Source: an uncultured Candidatus Rokubacteria bacterium (GTDB lineage Bacteria; Methylomirabilota; Methylomirabilia; Rokubacteriales; DASRDR01). From it: 64,000 nt of DNA. The stretch lies in contig CAWDVE010000019.1 in NCBI GenBank assembly GCA_963805625.1, positions 288,001-352,000 on the forward strand, in the 5' to 3' direction. The translations under genes and the position numbers were made by a program. The notes under the pieces were generated by a model. It searched no databases. It was not told the origin of the DNA and worked only from the letters and a program-made list of their open reading frames with translations. The first letter of the stretch is position 1; every line of letters starts with the position of its first letter. Shown piece after piece: positions 48,936-60,504 of this stretch.

Positions 48936-50645
48936 TTATGCGGGTCCTGGGAGGTCCTCCAGGATGGGGAAGCTGAGGGTGAACGTCGCGCCCCGGCCAG
49001 CGACGGAATGGACGTCGATGGTCCCGAGATGGTTCTGGACGATCCCGTAGCTCACCGCGAGCCCGAGCCCGGTTCCCGAGGGCTTGGTCGTGTAGAACGG
49101 CTCGAACAGGTGCGGGAGGTGCTCCGGGGAGATCCCGGGCCCCGTGTCCGTCACGATGAGACGCACCCGCCCGGACCGCACCGGATCGCGTCCAGTCTGG
49201 ATGCAGATCTCCCCTCCGCCCGTCAGTGCTTCCCGCGCGTTCGTCAGGAGGTTCAGCAAAACCTGCTGGAGCGCGTTGGCGTCCCCGGGGAGCGACGGGA
49301 GGGGCTGGTCGAGCAGCGTCGTGATGCGAACGTTGTCCGTGCTCATGGGCTTGCCCACGAGGAGGAGCGTCTCCGCGACGACCGTGTTCAGATCGACCGG
49401 GCGCCGCTCGCCGGTGGACTGGCGGGCGAACGACCGGAGGGCCTGGGCGACGCCCGCCACGCGCAGCACGTTGCGGTGGATCACCTTCAAGTCCTCGAGA
49501 TGCTGGTCCGGGAAGGTGTGGCCCTCCGCCTCGCCCAGCATCAGCTCGATCCGTGACGAGATGATGCCCAAGGGGTTGTTCATCTCGTGGGCGACCCCGG
49601 CCACGAGACGGCCGAGGGCGCTGAGCTTCTCAGTCTGATAGAGTACCTCGCGCTGGTGCCGGAGCTCCACCTCGACGCGTCGGTGAGAGAGGTGCTGGCC
49701 GATCCGGCTGCCGATGTCGGTCAGCATGGCGAGGAGCGCTTCATCCGGCTCACGCGAGTCCTGGGTCAGGAGCACCATGACGCCGGTCAAGGTGTGCTCG
49801 CTCTGGATCGGGAAGGCGCAGCCCGACGTCAGCCCGATCTGGGCCGCCGCCGCCGCGCGGCCGCCGGTGAGGCGATCGCCCGGCGCCGCCCAGCATGCGC
49901 GCCCGGTGTCCCAGGCCCGACCGGCCAGCCCCCTCCGGCGTGACAAGACAGTCTCGCGGCTGACCGCGTCGAATTCCGTTGTGTCCAGGTCCGGGCGATG
50001 CCACCCGGAATCGTACCGGAGGGCATCGCCCTCCACGCGCCACAGCTCGCCAACATCCCAGTCGAGGTTCTCGCACAGCGCCTGGAGGAGGCGCGGCGCG
50101 AGTCCCTCCGTTTCGGAGGGTTCGGCGAACACACGCGTCACCATGAACTCCGCCTGCAGTCGCCGCTCTGCGTTCCTGCGCGGCGTGATGTCGGTGACGA
50201 AGCCGAGTGCGAGACGACCTTCCTCCGCCTCGATGAAGCTCAGGCTGATCTCGACGGGGAATTCACGGCCGTCCTTGCGGCGGGCCATGAGATCGAGGCC
50301 GAGTCCCATGGGCCGGACCCGGGGTTCTATAAAGAAGCCGGCGCGGTGCTGCACGTGACTGGCCCGGATGCGCTCGGGCAGGAGGGTCTCCAGAGGCAGG
50401 CCCGGAAGCTCGCCGCGTGCATACCCGAACATCTGTTCCAGTCGACCGTTGGCCCGCACGATCAGGCCTGCGTGATCGACGATGACGATGCCGAGAGGAG
50501 AACTCTCCAGGACGGCATCGGCCTGCATTGAGGGGTCGTGGAACATCCCCTCCGGAGACGCTCCGGGCTGAGCTCCACTCGCGCCGCGCCGCTGGCGCCC
50601 GGCCGGCCTGGACGCCTCTCGTACCTTCGGCTTGCCGTTAGGCAT
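48936..50645 (-). CDS. Cytoplasmic PAS-GAF sensor histidine kinase
   Basis: PAS (LLPERIRASH...RRKDGREFPVEISL), GAF, AHEMNNPL, N/G1/F/G2 boxes; no TM segment; start uncertain. Confidence 0.9.
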   Translation of the reverse strand: MPNGKPKVREASRPAGRQRRGASGAQPGASPEGMFHDPSMQADAVLESSPLGIVIVDHAGLIVRANGRLEQMFGYARGELPGLPLETLLPERIRASHVQHRAGFFIEPRVRPMGLGLDLMARRKDGREFPVEISLSFIEAEEGRLALGFVTDITPRRNAERRLQAEFMVTRVFAEPSETEGLAPRLLQALCENLDWDVGELWRVEGDALRYDSGWHRPDLDTTEFDAVSRETVLSRRRGLAGRAWDTGRACWAAPGDRLTGGRAAAAAQIGLTSGCAFPIQSEHTLTGVMVLLTQDSREPDEALLAMLTDIGSRIGQHLSHRRVEVELRHQREVLYQTEKLSALGRLVAGVAHEMNNPLGIISSRIELMLGEAEGHTFPDQHLEDLKVIHRNVLRVAGVAQALRSFARQSTGERRPVDLNTVVAETLLLVGKPMSTDNVRITTLLDQPLPSLPGDANALQQVLLNLLTNAREALTGGGEICIQTGRDPVRSGRVRLIVTDTGPGISPEHLPHLFEPFYTTKPSGTGLGLAVSYGIVQNHLGTIDVHSVAGRGATFTLSFPILEDLPGPA

Positions 50646-50654
50646 CCCGCCGCC

Positions 50655-50683
50655 ATTCTTCCGGGTGGCCGGGGCCGCGTCAA
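50655..50683 (-). promoter_or_regulatory. sigma70-like promoter for the kinase
   Basis: minus strand TTGACG-N17-AAGAAT just upstream of ATG 50645. Confidence 0.55.
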
Positions 50684-50719
50684 GTCCGGATGGCTAAGCG
50701 CGGCTCCCATCCGCTCCTG

Positions 50720-50757
50720 TGTGGCATGCGCGCCTCGATCCGGGCGATGACGCCCCA
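50720..50757. promoter_or_regulatory. Tandem upstream activator sites
   Basis: CCGGGCGATGACGCCCCA 50740-50757; weak copy TGTGGCATGCGCGCCTCG 50720-50737. Confidence 0.7.
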
Positions 50758-50818
50758 ATGCTCGGGGCCCGGCATCGGCCGGCCGGGGGGGCGGAGAGCT
50801 GAATGGCCCGATAACCGT

Positions 50819-50834
50819 TGGCACGTCGATTGCG
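50819..50834 (+). promoter_or_regulatory. sigma54 -24/-12 promoter
   Basis: TGGCACGTCGATTGCG. Confidence 0.85.
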
Positions 50835-50859
50835 TCTCGCTCTCAAGAGGTTTTGCATC

Positions 50860-51252
50860 TTGGCTACCATATTGGTTGTGGACGATGAGCCGGACCTGGT
50901 GACGAACTGCCAGCGACTCCTCCGGCCGCTCGGGCACGTCCCTCTGAGTGCGAGCACGGCCGCCGATGCGATCGCTGTTATCGACCAGGAGGCTCCCAAC
51001 CTCGTCGTCACCGATCTACGGCTCTCAGGACCCGATGGACTTACCGTGGCCCGGCATGCCCGTACCCGCGTCCCACCGATCCCGGTGCTCCTCATCAGTG
51101 CCTACGATTCCCTCGGCATGAGGGATGCCGCGAGAGAGATCGGGGTCAACACGTTCCTTGCGAAGCCCTTCGCGAACGCCGCTTTCCGGCAGGCCGTCGA
51201 GCGTCTCCTGGAGGACAGGACCTCCGGATCGACCGATGACGCGGTTCGGTAG
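50860..51252 (+). CDS. Single-domain response regulator (paralog of 40429-40812)
   Basis: ILVVDDEPDLVTNCQRLL, TDLRL, LAKPF; probable TTG start. Confidence 0.85.
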   Translation: MATILVVDDEPDLVTNCQRLLRPLGHVPLSASTAADAIAVIDQEAPNLVVTDLRLSGPDGLTVARHARTRVPPIPVLLISAYDSLGMRDAAREIGVNTFLAKPFANAAFRQAVERLLEDRTSGSTDDAVR

Positions 51253-51258
51253 CGGCCG

Positions 51259-53310
<2,052 letters not shown>

Positions 53311-53339
53311 TCAGGTCGAGCCAATCCGTTCCAGCAGCC

Positions 53340-53528
53340 CTATCCGTAGCCGGGACGGTGGAATACGGTCGCGTTTCCCCCGGCCACGTAGTGCCGGTCG
53401 AGCACGAGGATCGAATGTCCCCGGCGAGCGAGGAGGGCGGCAGTCGTCAATCCACCCATGCCCGCCCCGACCACGATGGCATCGAAGGTGTCTTGCTCAA
53501 GGGTGCGGAAGCGATCCCGCCTGATCAT
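53340..53528 (-). pseudogene. N-terminal fragment of a phytoene-dehydrogenase-like FAD oxidoreductase
   Basis: FDAIVVGAGMGGL...DRHYVAGG..F.R.GY, then stop after 62 aa. Confidence 0.7.
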
Positions 53529-53536
53529 GATCGGGC

Positions 53537-55315
53537 TCAGCTCGATTTAGAGCGCCGCTTCGCTGGGGTCCGGTTCGAACCCCGCCCTTGGGCCGGGCGT
53601 GCCTGCTGCGTCCAGGCGAGCAGCTCCTTCGCTGGTCGCGCGTTCACCACCGCGGACTTCTCGATCCAGCCACGCCGGGCGGTCGCGACACCGAGCTCGA
53701 GGTTGTCGAGGTGGTCCAGGACGTGAGTATCCGAGTCGATCGCGACCAGCGTTCCCAGCTCGTGGGCGCGTCGGGCGTGGACGTCGTTGAGATCGAGGCG
53801 CTGGGGATACGCGTTGATCTCGACCGCCTTGCCGTAGCGCTGGGCTGTCTCGAGGACACGGTCGAGATCGAGGTCGTAGGGCGCCCGTTCGCCGATGAGG
53901 CGGCCCGTCGGATGAGCCAAGATGTGAACCTGGGGGTGCTCGAGGGCCCGGCAGAGCCGGCGGGTCATGTCGGCTCGGCCCTGTTTGAAGGCACCGTGGA
54001 CCGCGGCGACCACGAGATCCAGCTGCGCCAAGACCTCGTCTGGGTAGTCGAGCCGCCCGTCGAGAAGGATGTCGCACTCGCTCCCGGCGAGGATCGTGAT
54101 CTTCGGGTACTTCCGCTGGACGGCCCGGATCCGGGCCACGTGAGCCCGCAGCTCCTCCACGGTGAGACCACGCGCGATTCGAGCCGACGGGCTGTGATCC
54201 GTAATGGCGACGTAGGCGCGGCCGCGCTTCAGGGCGGCCGCGACCAAGGCCTCGATCGTCGCATGCCCATCGGACGCCTTCGTGTGGCAATGGAGATCCC
54301 CTCGAAGGTCGTCGAGCTCGATCAGTCTCGGCAAGGCGCCGCGGAGCGCGGCCTCGATCTCGCCGGTGTCCTCCCGGAGTTCGGGCGGGATCCACGGAAG
54401 CCCCACGGCCGCGTACACTTCCTCTTCGGTGGCCCCGGCCACCCGGCGACCGCTCGTGTCCCGGTAGACGCCGTACTCCGAGAGCTTGAGCCCCTTCTTC
54501 ACAGCCATCTCACGGATCCGGATGTTGTGCTGTTTGGATCCGGTGAAGTAGACAAGGGCGGCTCCGAAGCTCTCCGGCTCCACGACGCGGAGGTCGACTT
54601 GGATCCCTTCCGTGTGTCGGATCGAGGCCTTCGTTGACCCCCGTTCCAGGACCTGTCCGACCTGGGGCAGTCGCACGAAAGCATCCATCACGCGGATCGG
54701 TGTCGTGGACGTGATCAGGAGGTCGAGGTCCCCGACTGTCTCCTTCATGCGCCGCGCCGACCCCGCCAGGCTGATCTGCTTCACTCCGGCGACGGCTCCC
54801 AGTACCCGCACCAGCTCGCGGCCGATGGGGAGCGCCTGTCCGAGCGGCATCCTCTCCTGGCCCTTCCGGACGACCCCGATGCCGGCCAGGATGTTCTGCT
54901 CCGTCTTGGCCTGGATGCCCCGCAGGCCGCGGAGCTTGCCGGCCTTGGCGAGCGCCTCGAGGCGGGCGACGCTGGTCACGCCTTGCTTCTCGTAGAGCAG
55001 CCGGGCCGTCTTGGGCCCGATGCCGGGGATCCCCATCAGCTCGACGACGCCCGTCGGGATTCCGCGCCGGGCGGCCGCCAGGTCCTTCATCCGTCCCGTC
55101 TCGAGGTGTTCGGCGATCTTCGCGGCGAGGTCGGTCCCGATCCCCGGGACCTCCTCGAGGCGCCGCTCGCGAGCAAGGACTTCCACGTCCTCGGTGAGAC
55201 TCTGAAGATTTAGCGCCGCGCGTCGGTAGGCACGGATGCGGAACGGATTCTCGCCTCGGATCTCCAGGAGATCCGCCATCAGATCGAACTGGCGGGCGAT
55301 CTCGAAGTTCTTCAC
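53537..55315 (-). CDS. polX: DNA polymerase X with PHP exonuclease domain
   Basis: ENPFRIRAYRRAA, AGSARRMKETVGDLD, YFTGSK, DLHCHT, TDHS, AHPTGR, SDTH; GTG start 55315. Confidence 0.93.
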   Translation of the reverse strand: MKNFEIARQFDLMADLLEIRGENPFRIRAYRRAALNLQSLTEDVEVLARERRLEEVPGIGTDLAAKIAEHLETGRMKDLAAARRGIPTGVVELMGIPGIGPKTARLLYEKQGVTSVARLEALAKAGKLRGLRGIQAKTEQNILAGIGVVRKGQERMPLGQALPIGRELVRVLGAVAGVKQISLAGSARRMKETVGDLDLLITSTTPIRVMDAFVRLPQVGQVLERGSTKASIRHTEGIQVDLRVVEPESFGAALVYFTGSKQHNIRIREMAVKKGLKLSEYGVYRDTSGRRVAGATEEEVYAAVGLPWIPPELREDTGEIEAALRGALPRLIELDDLRGDLHCHTKASDGHATIEALVAAALKRGRAYVAITDHSPSARIARGLTVEELRAHVARIRAVQRKYPKITILAGSECDILLDGRLDYPDEVLAQLDLVVAAVHGAFKQGRADMTRRLCRALEHPQVHILAHPTGRLIGERAPYDLDLDRVLETAQRYGKAVEINAYPQRLDLNDVHARRAHELGTLVAIDSDTHVLDHLDNLELGVATARRGWIEKSAVVNARPAKELLAWTQQARPAQGRGSNRTPAKRRSKSS

Positions 55316-56267
55316 GGGGCGGGCCCCGCGTGGTTCTGGTCCTGGTACGCGTGGATGACGTACTCCTGGAGCATCCGATGGGCGTTGAAGAACGAGGCGT
55401 TGGGCGCGATGGCCAGCCGCATCACCTCGGCCCAGCTCGCGGGCCGGTCGGCGTGAAGCGGCAGGATCGTCTGCTCGAGCGTCTCGTAGAGATGCCGTGC
55501 ATCGTCCGCGGCCTCGGACGCCCCGTCCCGGCGGCCGCTCGACCAGCCGGTGACCCCTTCGACATGGCCGTCGAGCCACCAGCCGTCGAGGACGCTGAGG
55601 CTGGGGACCCCGTTGTGGGCGGCCTTCGTGCCGCTGGTTCCCGAGGCCTCCAGGGGAGGCCTCGGCGTGTTCAGCCAGAGGTCGACACCGGCCGTGACCT
55701 GCCGGGCGAGCTCGAGGTCGTAGTCGGGCAGGTAGGCGATCCGGACGTCGGGCGCGAGCTCGGTCCTCCGGCTGACGATCTCTTGGATCAGGTTCTTGCC
55801 CTCGGTGTCTTGCGGATGCGCCTTGCCGGCGAAGACCACTTGCAGCGGGCCGCGCGCGGCGGCGAGTCGGCGAAGGCGGTCAGGGTCGCGAAGCAGGAGC
55901 GTGGGCCGCTTGTAGACTGTGGCTCGGCGGGCGAACCCCAGCGTGAAGCACTCGGCGTCGAAGTGTGCGGGCGTCCGCTCGTTCACCGTGTGGACCAGCT
56001 GCGCCTTGGCCTCCCGGTGGGCGCTCTGGATGGCGGTCACGGGAATCCCCAGCGCGTAGCGCAGGGAGAAGCTGTCCCGCCTCCAGTCCGGGATGTAGCG
56101 GTCGTACAGGGCTGCGAAGGGCGGAGCGGTCCAGGTGGTCGAGTGCACCCCGTTCGTGATGGAGCCGACGTGTCTCCGGCCAGCACGCCGAGACCGCCGC
56201 TGTACGTAGGGATGTGGCTCTCGAGGACGATTTCCATGGAGAAGTAGGCAATCACCCCCTCAGTCAT
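55312..56267 (-). pseudogene. glgP: Alpha-glucan phosphorylase with large internal deletion and frameshift
   Basis: [18 protein letters not shown] joined out of frame to ITNGVH; C-half has FARRATVYKR, GKAHP, EASGTSG, LDGWW. Confidence 0.85.
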
Positions 56268-56327
56268 CACGAGGGCCCGAGAGGCTGCTGTCCATCCCGA
56301 GTCGCCCCAGCAGGTCTCCGGTGAGCG

Positions 56328-56756
56328 TCAGATCCGGCTGCGCCCGAGCTCGTTTGCCAGAGTGGAGGCAATGTGGCCCAGCTCGCTGCCGATCAGCATC
56401 AGGAGGTCATCGAGCGAGATGATGCCGACCAGCTTGCCTGACTGGCTCACGACCGGCAGGCGTCGAACCCCCCGGCGGCTCAGGAGCTTGGTGGCGTCGA
56501 GGACTCCCGCGCTCTCGTGAATCACGGTGGGCTTCCGCGTGATCAGCGAACCCACGCGGACGACGGCCGGGTCGCTTCCCTGGGCGACGACCTTCACCGC
56601 GATGTCCCGATCGGTCAGGACCCCGATCGGCTTGCCACGACCGTCGACGACCACGACGGCGCCGACCTTCCGGCTCCACATCCGGTGGGCAGCCTCTCGG
56701 ACCGTGGTGTCGGGTGACGCGGTGACTGGAGGCTTGCTGCAGATCTGTCCGATCAT
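56328..56756 (-). CDS. CBS-domain protein (Hrp1/Rv2626c-like)
   Basis: VGAVVV, GVLTDRDI, VRRLPVV, GIISLDDL. Confidence 0.88.
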   Translation of the reverse strand: MIGQICSKPPVTASPDTTVREAAHRMWSRKVGAVVVVDGRGKPIGVLTDRDIAVKVVAQGSDPAVVRVGSLITRKPTVIHESAGVLDATKLLSRRGVRRLPVVSQSGKLVGIISLDDLLMLIGSELGHIASTLANELGRSRI

Positions 56757-56803
56757 CGTCGATCTCCTCTTGGGCGTGCAGCGTTGTCAGCACTACCGCC
56801 TGG

Positions 56804-56819
56804 TGCAAGGGCCGTGCAA
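56804..56819 (-). promoter_or_regulatory. Variant sigma54 box
   Basis: minus strand TTGCACGGCCCTTGCA (one mismatch in the -24 GG). Confidence 0.5.
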
Positions 56820-56879
56820 TGAGGAGGGCCTCGGCCGGACTGGGCCGATGCCCATCAAGGCCGGAGGACGTGCGAGCCG

Positions 56880-56916
56880 CGTCCCGCCGCTGCCCCAGTG
56901 GGGCGGCGGCGTCCCA
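56880..56916. promoter_or_regulatory. Tandem upstream activator sites
   Basis: TGGGGCGGCGGCGTCCCA 56899-56916; half site TGCCCCA ending 56897. Confidence 0.75.
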
Positions 56917-56979
56917 CCGGAGAGGTGTTCCGGCCTCAGCGCGAGGGAACACCCGCGCCTGGTCCCCGTCTCGGGTTGA

Positions 56980-57165
56980 CTAGCGGGTGATTCGAGCCAG
57001 CAATGACTCGAGCCGCGCTTCCAGGGGCGCGCGCGGCTGCATGCCGACAAGGCGATCCCTCGGGTGGCCGCCTTCGAAGAAGAGCAGGGTCGGGATCCGC
57101 TGGTCGGCGCCCGCAGGACATCCTGCGCCGCAGCCGTCGCACCGGATCTCGGTAGGCGCGCCCAT
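56980..57165 (-). pseudogene. TrxC-like thioredoxin with internal deletion
   Basis: IRCDGCGA Zn-finger start joined to IPTLLFFEGG..DRLVG C-terminus; WCxxC core missing. Confidence 0.65.
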
Positions 57166-57169
57166 CAGC

Positions 57170-59641
57170 TCAGCCAACCCTGGTCGTGGCGGGCCCGGAC
57201 GGCGGTGATGGCAGGGCGGAAGGCCCCTGGCCGCCAGGGAAGGGGGCGGCGGTGCCCCGTTCGGCCTCGGCGATGGCCTCGAGCCCCCGGACCAGCGCAT
57301 CTGGGTTCAGTGAGATGCTCGTGATCCCCCGCTCGACCAGGAAGCGGATGAATTCCGGGTAGTCACTGGGAGCCTGACCGCAGATGCCGATCTTCCGGCC
57401 GGCCGCTCGCGCCGCCTCGATCACCGATGCCACCATCGTCAGCACGGCCGGATTCCGTTCGTCGAAGATCGGCGCGACGAGCTCGGAGTCCCGATCGACA
57501 CCCAGCACGAGCTGGGTGAGGTCGTTGGATCCGATCGAGAAGCCATCGAAGACCCGGGCGAACTCGCGTGCCTGGAGGACGTTCGAGGGGATCTCGCACA
57601 TCACGTAGATCTCGAGATCTCGCTCGCCTTGCCGGAGCCCGTGCTCGGCCATCAAGGCCACGACGTGCTCGCCTTCTTCGGGGGTCCGGCAGAACGGGAC
57701 CATGAGCTTGACGTTGGTCAATCCCATCTCGTCGCGCACCCGCCGCATCGCTCGGCACTCGAGGGCGAAGCCTTCCCGGTAGTGGGGATGCGCGTAGCGG
57801 TACGCACCCCGGAAGCCGAGCATCGGGTTGGCCTCTACGGGCTCGAATGCCTTGCCGCCCACGAGCCCGGCGTACTCGTTTGACTTGAAGTCGGAGAGAC
57901 GGACGATCACGTCCCGCGGGTAGAACGCCGCGGCGATGACGCCCACGCCTTCGGCCAGGCGGTCGACGAAGTACTCCGCGGGATCGGCGTACCCGCGCGT
58001 GAGCGTGTCGATTGCCGCGCGGGCCGCCGGGTCGGAGACCCGCTCCGGATGCAGGAGGGCGAGCGGGTGCACCCGAACCACGCTCGCGATGATGAACTCG
58101 ATCCGGGCCAGGCCCACGCCGTCGGTCGGCAGGACACTCAGGCGAAACGCCTCGCTCGGATTCCCGACGTTCAGCATGACCTTGGTGAGTCGCGATGGCA
58201 GGTTCGCGAGATCGACCGTGCGCAGCTCGAAAGGCACGGCGCCACGGTAGACGGAGGCAAGCTCGCCTTCGGCGCAGCTCACCGTCACGGTCTCGCCTTC
58301 CGGGATGAGCTCCGTGCCCCGTCCAGTGCCGACCACGCACGGGACGCCGAGCTCCCGGCTCACGATGGCGGCGTGGCAGGTGCGGCCGCCGCGGTCGGTG
58401 ACGATCGCCGCCGCGCGCTTCATGACTGGTTCCCAGTCGGGGTCGGTCATCGGGGCCACGAGCACCTCTCCCGGGGCGAGCCGGGCGAGGTCCCGTGGGT
58501 CCCGGAGGCGCCGCGCCCGCCCAACACCAACCCGCTGGCCGATCGCCTTGCCAGAGACCAGCCGCTCGAAGCCCGCCGTCGGGCCGAGCGCGAACACCTG
58601 GATCAGCGGCCGGCGCTTCGCCCCGTGTACCGTCTCCGGGCGCGCCTGGAGGATGTAGAGGCGTCCGTCCGTCCCGTCACGCGCCCACTCGATGTCCATC
58701 GGCGTCGGTCGGCCCGCCTTCGCCGAGTAGTGGGACTCGATCGCGATTCCGAGGCGTGCAAGCTCGATCACCTCGGGATCCGTCAGGCTGAGGCGCGTGC
58801 GTGCCTCGGCTGGAACCTCGACCCGCATGGGCGTCCCGTCGGGGCCGAGCCCGAGCTTCCAATCCTTTCGGCCGAGGGCGCGCTTGAGGATTGCCTGATG
58901 GCCGGCGCGGAGGGCCGGCTTGAAAACCCAGAACTCGTCGGGATCGAGCTGACCCTGGACGATCGCCTCGCCCAGGCCGTAGGCGCTGTTGATCACCACG
59001 ACGTCCGGTGAGCCGCTTTCGGGGTCGAGCGTGAACAGGACGCCGGCCGCTCCGAGATCGGCTCGGACCATGTGCTGGACGCCGACCGAGAGGCGGACCG
59101 CCAGGTGGTCGAAGCCATGCTGGATCCGGTAGACGATCGCGCGGTCGGTGAAGAGCGAGGCGAAACAGCCTCGGCACGCCGCGATGAGGGCGTCGGCGCC
59201 TCGCACGCCGAGGTACGTCTCCTGCTGCCCGGCGAAGCTCGCCTCGGGCAGATCCTCGGCCGTCGCGCTCGAGCGGACGGCGACGCTGGGGTCCGGCCCG
59301 CCCTCTCGGGCGAGGGCGTCGTAGGCTTCACGGACCTGCCGCTCGAGGTCGGCTGGCCAGGGTGCCTCCACGATGAGCCGGCGAAGCGTGGCCCCGGCCT
59401 TGGCGAGAGCGGTCACGTCCTCGCCCGACACGCCCTCTAGAAGCGCCTGCAGGCGGTTCCGGAGTCCGGACTCGTCAAGGAGCGCGGCGTAGGCCTCGCC
59501 GGTGACTGCGAAGCCATTCGGTACCCGCACGCCCGCTGCCGTCAGCTCACCGTAGAGCTCGCCGAGCGAGGCGTTCTTGCCCCCGACCCGTGGAAGGTCG
59601 TCGAGGCGGATATCCCGAAACCACGCGATGTATCCCGTCAC
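57170..59641 (-). CDS. ppsA: Phosphoenolpyruvate synthase
   Basis: VGGKNASLGE, VRSSATAED, DIEWA, GGRTCHAAIVSRE, GFSIGSNDLTQ, GICGQ. Confidence 0.95.
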   Translation of the reverse strand: MTGYIAWFRDIRLDDLPRVGGKNASLGELYGELTAAGVRVPNGFAVTGEAYAALLDESGLRNRLQALLEGVSGEDVTALAKAGATLRRLIVEAPWPADLERQVREAYDALAREGGPDPSVAVRSSATAEDLPEASFAGQQETYLGVRGADALIAACRGCFASLFTDRAIVYRIQHGFDHLAVRLSVGVQHMVRADLGAAGVLFTLDPESGSPDVVVINSAYGLGEAIVQGQLDPDEFWVFKPALRAGHQAILKRALGRKDWKLGLGPDGTPMRVEVPAEARTRLSLTDPEVIELARLGIAIESHYSAKAGRPTPMDIEWARDGTDGRLYILQARPETVHGAKRRPLIQVFALGPTAGFERLVSGKAIGQRVGVGRARRLRDPRDLARLAPGEVLVAPMTDPDWEPVMKRAAAIVTDRGGRTCHAAIVSRELGVPCVVGTGRGTELIPEGETVTVSCAEGELASVYRGAVPFELRTVDLANLPSRLTKVMLNVGNPSEAFRLSVLPTDGVGLARIEFIIASVVRVHPLALLHPERVSDPAARAAIDTLTRGYADPAEYFVDRLAEGVGVIAAAFYPRDVIVRLSDFKSNEYAGLVGGKAFEPVEANPMLGFRGAYRYAHPHYREGFALECRAMRRVRDEMGLTNVKLMVPFCRTPEEGEHVVALMAEHGLRQGERDLEIYVMCEIPSNVLQAREFARVFDGFSIGSNDLTQLVLGVDRDSELVAPIFDERNPAVLTMVASVIEAARAAGRKIGICGQAPSDYPEFIRFLVERGITSISLNPDALVRGLEAIAEAERGTAAPFPGGQGPSALPSPPSGPATTRVG

Positions 59642-59762
59642 GGTACCGTCCTCGACTCCGCCCGAGCTGCCATCCAGCTCACTCGAGAGCCGCGAGATGC
59701 GCCAGCAGAGGCCACGGTCAGCACGATTGGGATCCGAGCCTGAGCCGGCAGCCGTTGGGGCA

Positions 59763-60221
59763 CTATGAGCCAGCTCCCTCCGTCGCTGCGGGCGCCGCCC
59801 GCCTAGTCACGACCGCGCACGGCGCGGCCCGGACGACGCGGTCGGCCACGCTTCCGAGGAGGAAGCGCTCGAGAGCGCCGCGGCCATGGGTGCCCATGAC
59901 GACGAAGGCGGCACCTTCGCGCTTGGCGGTCTCCACGATCTCGTGGTGAGGGGCGCCGGTGACGACGCGGGCGAGCGTGGGAACACCTTGCCCGCGGCAC
60001 TCGGCCGCGCGCTCTTCCAGCGCCTTCCTGGCCCATTCCCGTTGCTCCTCGAAGACACGTTCCAGCTCGCGTGCCCCGGTCAGCCCCTCGCGGAACAGGG
60101 GTGCTTCCACGGCGACGTGGAGCAGCACCAGCTCGGCCCCGAGGGCGCGGGCGAGCTGCACGGCGAGGCCCCGGGCCTGCTCGGCGCAATCCGAAAAGTC
60201 AGTTGGGTGGATGATCGTCAT
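59763..60221 (-). CDS. Universal stress protein
   Basis: IIHPTDFS, MGTHGRG, LGSVADRVVR. Confidence 0.92.
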   Translation of the reverse strand: MTIIHPTDFSDCAEQARGLAVQLARALGAELVLLHVAVEAPLFREGLTGARELERVFEEQREWARKALEERAAECRGQGVPTLARVVTGAPHHEIVETAKREGAAFVVMGTHGRGALERFLLGSVADRVVRAAPCAVVTRRAAPAATEGAGS

Positions 60222-60248
60222 CGCGGCTGCTCCTCCCGGCGGAGAGAC

Positions 60249-60264
60249 TGCAACGACAATGCCA
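60249..60264 (-). promoter_or_regulatory. sigma54 -24/-12 promoter
   Basis: minus strand TGGCATTGTCGTTGCA. Confidence 0.85.
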
Positions 60265-60315
60265 CGAGCAAGGGCCCTCGACCGGCCAGCCAGGGCGCCG
60301 AAACGCGTTCCAGGA

Positions 60316-60352
60316 TGGGGCGCCGATGCCTCGCCGGGGCGATTGCACCACG
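60316..60352. promoter_or_regulatory. Tandem upstream activator sites
   Basis: TGGGGCGCCGATGCCTCG 60316-60333 and CGGGGCGATTGCACCACG 60335-60352. Confidence 0.65.
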
Positions 60353-60504
60353 AATACCCGGTGACGGGTGACCACTCGAGCCGGCCCTGGGGCGATGGAT
60401 GCGCGGCGCAAGCGCCTCCGAGGAGGGCCCGTGGCGACGCGCTTCAGCCGGCAGGGGACGCGAGAATTGTGACCACGACGTGACCACGCGCGTCCGGAAG
60501 CGAT

